From assembly GCA_000175855.1 (NCBI GenBank), contig ACYB01000018.1:1-5227 (forward strand): DNA of 5,227 nucleotides, written 5' to 3'. Under the pieces are notes generated by a model. That model saw only the letters and a program-made list of their open reading frames with translations, was not told the DNA's origin and did no database searches. Below, in pieces: positions 1 through 5,227 of this stretch. Within the stretch, counting starts at the first letter, position 1, and each line of letters opens with the position of its first letter. The position numbers and the translations under genes are program-made. This DNA comes from Raphidiopsis brookii D9. GTDB lineage: Bacteria; Cyanobacteriota; Cyanobacteriia; Cyanobacteriales; Nostocaceae.

Positions 1-119
1 ATGGGGTGAGTGCTGGGGAATTTATGAAGGGGGTAAAGGGCGATCGCGCAAGTGCGAGTGCTTTGCAAACGCGCTGGGAGTGCTTGGCAAATGCACTGGG
101 GTAACTGCCATGCGATCGC
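1..119 (+). repeat. Array of degenerate copies of a short HIP1-terminated dispersed repeat (cyanobacterial SDR/MITE-like)
   Basis: Units at 56-77 (gagtgctttgcaaacgcgctgg) and 78-99 (gagtgcttggcaaatgcactgg) form a tandem 22-bp duplication, 19/22 identical. They are followed by ggtaactgccatgcgatcgc at 100-119. A more degenerate copy at 1-47 (atggggtgagtgctgggg ... ggtaaagggcgatcgc) also ends in HIP1. HIP1 octamers GCGATCGC lie at 40-47 and 112-119. A near-identical copy occurs at 5097-5143. Confidence 0.6.
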
Positions 120-188
120 GTGGAGGTCGTTTCATACCATTAATTGGTCTAAGGTATGATAGTTAGAGGTTAACAGGGTCAGTTCTTT

Positions 189-647
189 TTAATCCCCTAA
201 CAAAACTCTAATGGCTTTTAAAGCTTGGCTACGTTTCCCGTTGCTAATCTTGGCAAACCAGTAATGTGATTCTTCATAACTCATCGCTTGTATCCCTTCG
301 GCAATATTATTTATCTTTTCTATTTTTGAAAGCGGTTGTATGGTCTGAAATAATAAGGCTAGGTTTACTCCTGTTTCTTCATTTAATATGTAATGAGCTT
401 GTCTATTATAATTCAAGGTCTTTGGATCATATTTATTCGCTTTTAAACAATTATAAACCATCTCCCGAACTTGTATTAGTGTACTACTTTTTAATCTGCC
501 AATTCTTTTGGCAGCAGGACGTTTCTTTTCTCCTGCTTTTTTATAGGCACATTGATATAATTCAATGGCAAAGTTATTATTATCTGTGGGGACTACTCGC
601 AATTGAAATTCCTGCATGTTAAAACTTTTAATAGCTAAATTTGGCAA
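189..647 (-). CDS. Hypothetical small basic protein, operonic with and overlapping the DUF499 ATPase gene (family not recognised)
   Basis: The frame is open on the minus strand directly downstream of the ATPase gene. The track start at 647-645 is a TTG and overlaps the ATPase stop (630-628) by 20 nt. The first ATG is at 617-615 (MQEFQL..., 142 aa), 10 nt after that stop. The protein has a Lys/Arg patch YKKAGEKKRPAAKRIGRLK and a C-terminal SYEESHYWFAKISNGKRSQALKAIRVLLGD. The antisense ORF 266-622 is low complexity, which favours the minus frame. No motif I can assign to a named family. Confidence 0.6.
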   Translation of the reverse strand: MPNLAIKSFNMQEFQLRVVPTDNNNFAIELYQCAYKKAGEKKRPAAKRIGRLKSSTLIQVREMVYNCLKANKYDPKTLNYNRQAHYILNEETGVNLALLFQTIQPLSKIEKINNIAEGIQAMSYEESHYWFAKISNGKRSQALKAIRVLLGD

Positions 648-3600
648 CTAAGTTCAAATTGTCTACTGGATTCCTCTCCAGTGCTTTTTTAATATCTCCT
701 ATTTCTACTCCTTCTACTATAATTGGTGACGAAAATTTAAATTCTAATTTCAATAGTAGATCGGCTTTTACTTGCGGGTTATGCAAAAGATTATTCAGCG
801 CTCCCTGAAAGGCTTTAAATCCTTTCTCTGGTCCTTGATACTCTAATCTCACAAACTGCTCTTGTAAGCTAATTGTGGCTATATGGTTGATATATAGAGG
901 GAATTTGGATACTAGGGGAATAACAGTAAATAACTTTCTATAGTCTATGGGTTCTGTGACGGAAATTTCTATTTCGTTTATTCCTGATGGTTTATGGTCT
1001 TTGATGAAATCACTCAGTTTTACAAAACTGCTATTTACGGTTCCTGCACATTCAAATGTTGGTGGTTTGACTGCAAAAATAGGTGCTGATTCTTCTCTAC
1101 TAAATCCCCTTTTTGTGTTTTTTACGATGTCATAATTCACACTTTGATTATCACTAGCTCCTAGGAAAGCTGTGGTTTCTTTCTCTAGAATTTCTCCATC
1201 CCCATAGTCTACAACTATTTTAAAAGTTGTGGTTTCACTAATTTCAGTGGTATATTCATCCCGGGGTCGAAAGTCCCTGGGTATAATTTCTCCTTTTTCG
1301 TAAATTTTTATGTTTAACGCTCCTGTTGCTTTCCACCCTAGTCGAACTGGTTTTTTCATATCTTTACTAGACATGACCTGTGCATCTATTTCAATGTCTC
1401 TTGGTTTTGGTGGTTGTAAAATCCCCGGTCGATACAACTCTACTCTGTCTGAAAACTCTATGGAATCAGGAATTTTTAGGTTTTCACTTTTGATAAATAC
1501 TTTGTCTCCAATTTTCATATCCCATAAACCATCCAAAATCCCTTTGCGAATGGTGTCTCTTAGGCTAATTATTTCTCCGTCTAAAAACATTTTTAACCTT
1601 ATATCTTTGAAAAAGGCTTCTTTCATGTCTTTTGTTGTCCAGTGATCAATGCCTGCTGGCCAAACTTTTTGTATTATGTAACCGGGTGCATAAGGTTCTG
1701 AATTCTCTTTTCTAATCTTGCCACAGTCTCTTAATTTGTTTAGTAACATTTCTTGTTGTTTCTTTTTTTGGTCACTAGCATCGTTCGCTGGCAAAGGATA
1801 GTGCATTAATCCTTTTGGTGCTTTGATCTGATCGCGCTCAGGGTAAAACAGGTGACGGTAGGTGTTGGTGATCGATACTCTTACATTTAACTTATATTTA
1901 CCTTCTCTTTCTTTGAGCTTTTTTTGTTGACTCTCGGATAAATCCTGTATTTTATCGGGGGATTTGATTATATTTTCTATGGCAATATATTCCCTCATGT
2001 TATCCAAACTACGTTCTAATTCTTGTTTGTTGGCTACTAGGAATAATAATCGGTTTTTATAAATGCGGAATTTTCCTGATTCTCCTGTGTTTTCAAAAAT
2101 TCTTTCTACTATTGTGGGTACACTATGGGTGGTGTCTGAAATGGTTTGTTCATCAAAGTCTATTACACATAAGGCTATACTATCTGCTACGTCATGTACA
2201 TCACTGGGATTCACTGGTGCGGAAATTAGTGTAAAACTATGATCGGCAAAAATTGTATCCCGTTCTTTTCTTAAACGTTCCTTGGTTTCTATGTTGGTTA
2301 TTTGCTCTTTTTCTTGGGCAATCACTTTGTTGAGTGATGGCTCTTCTTTAAATTTGGCAGTAGATGTAATTTGGTCATAATCTAAATACCAAGCTACTGC
2401 TGTTAATCTTTCTAAGACTGTTTCTACAAAACTAATATCCATTCCTGGTGTGAGCAAAGATAAATTCAGCTCTGGAACGCGAATACCTGATGCGGTTCCC
2501 TGGTTGAGGGAATTGAGAAAGATGGTTCTAGCTACCCAAGTGGTGAAGGGTGGTTTATCCGCTGCTTTCCATTCCCTATCCTGTATTTGACTATGTGCTT
2601 CCCGACCATCGGAATTATAAATGTCTGCTTGGATGGGTATTCGCATTAGTTGTCTATCTAAACGAGAAGTTAAATCTCCGGTAATTTCTTCTTCTAGACC
2701 CAGGGGGATATGATGGGGATGAATCATGGGGATCCAAAAGGATGCGTTTTCACTGGTTGTAGATGTATTCTGAGCTAAGTCTTCTAATTTTTGCCAAAGA
2801 TAACGAATTACTATGGCTAATAAGCGCAATGCTCCCCTGGTCCGTTGGAAATTAGGAATGGATGCTATTTTCTTAGTGAGTAGATTAAATAGTTCTGGGT
2901 GAAATGGATAGCTCTGTTCAATGCTCTTAGCATAACTAGTATCTTTACATCCACTGGGTAGATCTAAACGACTATTTCTATAAACTTGCATATATTCCTC
3001 TGCTGCATCCCGTGCTGCACTGGAATATATATTACTAAACATTCTCTGCTTGACTATATTGTATATCTCTACATCTGAACTGGGTTTGATGATTATTTCC
3101 TGTCTTGCGGAAATAGAAAGAGCTTCGCTTATTTCTCTGGTCTCCTCTCCAAAACTGTCACTAGCGGAGGCTAGGGTATATACTAAGACGATATTATTAG
3201 TGGAGGCGGCTAAGTCCATGAGCGCAAATAAAAAGGCTACAACTTGTTCGGCTAAGTTACTATCATTTACGGTTATTGCTTTTGCCCTCCTCAAGTACAT
3301 TGCTATTTCATCCAGAATAATCACTGTGGGAGCATCTTGAATAATTCTTCTCAACACGTCCGTTCCAGGACTAACTTTTTGTTGATCTGAACCTTTGAGT
3401 AAGCTATAAGCTTCTACCTTCCCTAATTGGTAAGCAATTTCCCCCCACAGGGTATAGGTTGTAATTCCGGTGTCGGGATGAAATATACCATCTATGGGTT
3501 CTAAGTCTTGACAGGCAATGGCTGCAGCTTGAACTGCACAACTTGGTATAATTTCGATGTTATGAGTAAATCTTTCTATCCCTGGAATTTTTCTACCATT

Positions 3601-3855
3601 TTTTGCGATGTGCCATAAGGCTATTTCATCATGGGTTTTACCACCCCCAAAGCTGGTCTCTAATCTAATTACGGGTGAACCTACTGTAGTTCCACTGAGT
3701 CTACCAAAACCTTGAGTGATTAAATTTTTTAATCCATCCGTGGCAAAGGTATTTTCAAAGAAGGTTTTCGGGTCGTTATATACTTGGGGTGCAGTACCTT
3801 TTACTACTGATTCTAATTTGGCAGCAAACAGATCTAATGACAGTTCTCCTGCCAA
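628..3855 (-). CDS. DUF499 / COG1483-family P-loop ATPase (BrxC/PglY-related), 1075 aa
   Basis: An uninterrupted 3.2-kb frame. Walker A SFGGGKTH is at aa 68-75 (nt 3654-3631) and Walker B VIILDE at aa 178-183 (nt 3324-3307). The N-terminal segment LFAAKLESVVKGTAPQVYNDPKTFFENTF, plus YPFHPELF...FQRTRGALRLLA (aa 316-347; FQRTRGALRLLA at nt 2850-2815), YKNRLLFLVA (aa 599-608) and TYRHLFYP (aa 665-672), all match my recollection of DUF499 family conservation. The start codon is TTG (3855-3853), and the first in-frame ATG is codon 186, after both Walker motifs. Confidence 0.85.
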   Translation of the reverse strand: MAGELSLDLFAAKLESVVKGTAPQVYNDPKTFFENTFATDGLKNLITQGFGRLSGTTVGSPVIRLETSFGGGKTHDEIALWHIAKNGRKIPGIERFTHNIEIIPSCAVQAAAIACQDLEPIDGIFHPDTGITTYTLWGEIAYQLGKVEAYSLLKGSDQQKVSPGTDVLRRIIQDAPTVIILDEIAMYLRRAKAITVNDSNLAEQVVAFLFALMDLAASTNNIVLVYTLASASDSFGEETREISEALSISARQEIIIKPSSDVEIYNIVKQRMFSNIYSSAARDAAEEYMQVYRNSRLDLPSGCKDTSYAKSIEQSYPFHPELFNLLTKKIASIPNFQRTRGALRLLAIVIRYLWQKLEDLAQNTSTTSENASFWIPMIHPHHIPLGLEEEITGDLTSRLDRQLMRIPIQADIYNSDGREAHSQIQDREWKAADKPPFTTWVARTIFLNSLNQGTASGIRVPELNLSLLTPGMDISFVETVLERLTAVAWYLDYDQITSTAKFKEEPSLNKVIAQEKEQITNIETKERLRKERDTIFADHSFTLISAPVNPSDVHDVADSIALCVIDFDEQTISDTTHSVPTIVERIFENTGESGKFRIYKNRLLFLVANKQELERSLDNMREYIAIENIIKSPDKIQDLSESQQKKLKEREGKYKLNVRVSITNTYRHLFYPERDQIKAPKGLMHYPLPANDASDQKKKQQEMLLNKLRDCGKIRKENSEPYAPGYIIQKVWPAGIDHWTTKDMKEAFFKDIRLKMFLDGEIISLRDTIRKGILDGLWDMKIGDKVFIKSENLKIPDSIEFSDRVELYRPGILQPPKPRDIEIDAQVMSSKDMKKPVRLGWKATGALNIKIYEKGEIIPRDFRPRDEYTTEISETTTFKIVVDYGDGEILEKETTAFLGASDNQSVNYDIVKNTKRGFSREESAPIFAVKPPTFECAGTVNSSFVKLSDFIKDHKPSGINEIEISVTEPIDYRKLFTVIPLVSKFPLYINHIATISLQEQFVRLEYQGPEKGFKAFQGALNNLLHNPQVKADLLLKLEFKFSSPIIVEGVEIGDIKKALERNPVDNLNLVAKFSY

Positions 3856-3868
3856 AATTTCTGGGCAT

Positions 3869-4141
3869 GGTGCTAGTTATGAGGCTTTTGAGTCCAACAG
3901 AGAGAAAACTTTGGCGGTGGTGAAGTTATTAGAAGTTATTGGGGAAGCTGTTAAAAAAATTCCTAATGAACGCCGTGAACTGTATCCAGATATACCTTGG
4001 AAATCTATAGCAGGTATGAAGGATATGCTTGTACATGAATATTGGCAGGTTGATGTAGCAGTTGTTTGGGCTACGGTTCAGCATTCTTTACCATCATTAA
4101 AAGCAATTGTAGTGATGGAATTGGAGAAGATGCAGGGATGA
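3869..4141 (+). pseudogene. hepT: 5'-truncated HepT / DUF86 (HEPN-domain toxin of MntA-HepT type) remnant
   Basis: GASYEAFESNREKTLAVVKLLEVIGEAVKKIPNERRELYPDIPWKSIAGMKDMLVHEYWQVDVAVVWATVQHSLPSLK matches the DUF86 pattern (..F..d....dAv...leiIGEA...lp.e.....p.ipW..i.gmRN.l.HeY..vd...vw.tv...lp.L). The first helix (about 30-45 aa) is missing. The frame has no ATG: the track start at 3716 is GTG, and the first ~50 codons are merely antisense to the ATPase N-terminus. No mntA-like gene lies upstream. The Rx4HxY motif reads KDMLVHEY (nt 4019-4042). Confidence 0.65.
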
Positions 4142-4356
4142 GTAATTTGCCTATGAGAAGATTAGGGACAAATTCCCCACACGCAAGATAACGATATGTT
4201 ACGTACTAGTTAATTAAAAAGTTACTAATTTAATTGTATATCAATCAGTAAATATTACGGAATAATAAGATAATTTTACAACACCTCCATGTAAAGAGTT
4301 AAATATCACTTGATCAGCAATGATGATGTATGAATCAACGATCAAAAGGCGGAAAA

Positions 4357-4440
4357 ATGAAGAGATTTATTAAATCTTTAATCACTACTTGTTTGGTTGC
4401 TTTACTAGCTTTAACTATCTTTTCTAGTAATGCTTGGGCC
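4357..4440 (+). other. Sec-type signal peptide with AWA cleavage motif
   Basis: MKRFIKSLITTCLVALLALTIFSSNAWA/YNQ has a basic n-region, a hydrophobic core and an Ala-x-Ala signal peptidase I site. Confidence 0.65.
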
Positions 4441-5025
4441 TATAATCAAACTCAACTTGACCTTCTCAAAAGTGGAGTTGAACAATGGAATAATTGGAGT
4501 TTACACGGTGGAAGAGGAGGCGAAAATATTGACCTAACAGGAGCGGACTTAAGTGGTTTAGACTTAACGGATGCTTTTTTGCGCTTCTCAGACTTGAGTG
4601 GAGCAAATTTATCTGGTACTAACCTACATGATGCTGATCTGATTCGTGTTAATTTAAATAATGCTAATTTAGCTGGAGCAAATTTGACTGAAGCATCCTT
4701 TTCTGATACTGATTTTAGTGGAGCAAACCTAACTGGGGCAAATCTGAGTGGATACCACTATGTAAGTGATTTTGTCAATTTTCAAGGAGCTAACTTGACT
4801 GATGCTAACTTGAATAGTGAAGATCTCAAGGGATGTGATTCGAGTATATATTCTGGGTATAACAGATATAACAGATATAACAGATATAACAGCTTCGACG
4901 AATACAGATGCGAAAGCCATTTCGGTGAGAAAATAGGAGTTAGTTTCTATGGAGCAATTTACAATGAAAATACTCAATTTCCCCCTCAAGTAGATCCAGA
5001 ACTTGCTGTTGCCAAAAATTTTTAA
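4357..5025 (+). CDS. Secreted (periplasmic or thylakoid-lumen) pentapeptide-repeat protein
   Basis: Consecutive A(D/N)LxX pentapeptides span aa 67-162 of the track ORF (nt 4528-4815): IDLTGADLSGLDLTDAFLRFSDLSGANLSGTNLHDADLIRVNLNNANLAGANLTEASFSDTDFSGANLTGANLSG. An upstream LLKSGVEQWNNW motif and a C-terminal AIYNENTQFPPQVDPE are typical of cyanobacterial pentapeptide proteins. I prefer the ATG at 4357 (MKRFIKS..., preceded by aaggcggaaaa) over the ATG at 4330, which would add 9 residues. Confidence 0.85.
   Translation: MKRFIKSLITTCLVALLALTIFSSNAWAYNQTQLDLLKSGVEQWNNWSLHGGRGGENIDLTGADLSGLDLTDAFLRFSDLSGANLSGTNLHDADLIRVNLNNANLAGANLTEASFSDTDFSGANLTGANLSGYHYVSDFVNFQGANLTDANLNSEDLKGCDSSIYSGYNRYNRYNRYNSFDEYRCESHFGEKIGVSFYGAIYNENTQFPPQVDPELAVAKNF
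4858..4892 (+). repeat. Perfect 9-bp tandem repeat (tataacaga x3.9), in frame, encoding (Tyr-Asn-Arg)n
   Basis: The unit tataacaga occurs at 4858-4866, 4867-4875 and 4876-4884, with a partial tataacag at 4885-4892. 4858 is codon position 1 of Y177, giving YNRYNRYNRYN. Confidence 0.95.
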
Positions 5026-5096
5026 AATCCAAACTGTGATTATTACAACCACTATGATCCAGAATTCTATCCTAAGTGGTAAATGAGCGATCTCAC

Positions 5097-5143
5097 ATGG
5101 TGAGTGCTTCGCAAACGCGCTGGGGTAACTGCCATGCGATCGC
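5097..5143 (+). repeat. Single copy of the same HIP1-terminated short dispersed repeat seen at 1-119
   Basis: 5102-5123 (gagtgcttcgcaaacgcgctgg) is 21/22 identical to 56-77. 5124-5143 (ggtaactgccatgcgatcgc) is 20/20 identical to 100-119. Both copies are in the same orientation. HIP1 lies at 5136-5143. The leading atggtgag resembles 1-10. Confidence 0.65.
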
Positions 5144-5227
5144 AACCGATGTTCCAAAACCACAAGTACAAAACTGACTTTTGTTCTGGAGATCTTAAGT
5201 AAATACCCCCCTAAGAAGGTTTAAATT

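Noticed and set aside
56-119. Possible CRISPR array, because of adjacent 22-bp repeated units
   Set aside because: There are only two contiguous units with no spacer between them. They are imperfect, and the same element recurs as a single unit 5 kb away. This is a dispersed repeat, not a CRISPR.
132-159. Hairpin tcatacc-N14-ggtatga downstream of the small ORF stop, as a possible intrinsic terminator of the minus-strand operon
   Set aside because: It has a 7-bp AT-rich stem, a 14-nt loop and no following U-tract on the minus-strand transcript (aacgacctcca). That is too weak to call a terminator.
266-622. 118-aa plus-strand ORF antisense to the small basic protein gene
   Set aside because: It is a low-complexity Leu/Phe/Tyr-rich translation typical of the antisense frame of an AT-rich gene. 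It has no motifs and lies entirely inside a better-supported minus-strand ORF that is coupled to the ATPase gene.
1763-1925. Two A7/T7 homopolymer runs (1763-1769, 1919-1925) inside the ATPase gene, as possible phase-variation sites
   Set aside because: The runs are short and encode Lys-rich linkers (KKKQQ, QQKKLK). Seven-nucleotide A/T tracts are unremarkable in AT-rich DNA.
947-3340. Three plus-strand ORFs (947-1135, 1310-1645, 3050-3340) inside the ATPase gene
   Set aside because: They are short, hydrophobic or low-complexity, and antisense to a 3.2-kb ORF with clear family motifs. These are shadow ORFs.
3716-3868. N-terminal 50 codons of the track ORF 3716-4141 (GTG start)
   Set aside because: This part is simply the antisense of the ATPase N-terminal coding region and shows no HepT-like sequence. 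Only the portion from about 3869 onward resembles DUF86.
4153-4191. 12-codon mini-ORF (MRRLGTNSPHAR) in the hepT-pentapeptide spacer, as a possible leader peptide
   Set aside because: It has no RBS, no associated attenuator structure and no conservation evidence. An ORF of this length is expected by chance.
4213-4236. AT-only inverted repeat aattaaa-N10-tttaatt and a TTAATTAA palindrome upstream of the pentapeptide gene, as a possible operator
   Set aside because: It is pure A/T sequence in an AT-rich spacer, so such symmetry is expected by chance. I also could not find a convincing -35/-10 pair to anchor it to.
4528-4815. 15-bp periodicity in the pentapeptide region, as a possible DNA tandem repeat
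   Set aside because: The periodicity is at the protein level (A(D/N)LxX), and codons differ between units. It is not a DNA-level tandem repeat like 4858-4892.
4729-5163. 144-aa minus-strand ORF
   Set aside because: It is antisense to the pentapeptide gene: its SVISVISVI run is the mirror of the 9-bp repeat. Its N-terminus is read through the dispersed repeat at 5097-5143. Such repeat-derived ORFs are common annotation artefacts.
5168-5184. Hairpin acaaaa-ctgac-ttttgt near the right edge, as a possible terminator
   Set aside because: It is a 6-bp all-A/T stem about 145 nt past the pentapeptide stop, with no clear U-tract context. The evidence is insufficient.

Overview
This is an AT-rich window that looks cyanobacterial. 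It has three copies of the HIP1 octamer GCGATCGC, HIP1-terminated short dispersed repeats and a secreted pentapeptide-repeat protein. The core is a minus-strand two-gene unit. Its first gene encodes an intact 1075-aa P-loop ATPase that I recognise by eye as DUF499/COG1483 family (Walker A SFGGGKTH, Walker B VIILDE, FQRTRGALRLLA motif). An overlapping 142-152-aa Lys/Arg-rich protein of unrecognised family follows it. Divergent from this unit, with no intergenic spacer, lies a 5'-truncated HepT/DUF86 (HEPN toxin) remnant. Next comes a signal-peptide-bearing pentapeptide-repeat protein carrying an in-frame 9-bp (Tyr-Asn-Arg) microsatellite. Same-orientation copies of a ~42-bp repeat bracket the whole block. 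Main lead: DUF499 ATPases normally travel with a DUF1156 methyltransferase and a helicase in predicted anti-phage operons. Here the ATPase has only a small basic partner, and its 5' end abuts a broken toxin gene. The locus is therefore either an undescribed minimal DUF499 module or the surviving part of a larger defence operon cut by a deletion. All family assignments come from motif recognition by eye, not from any search.
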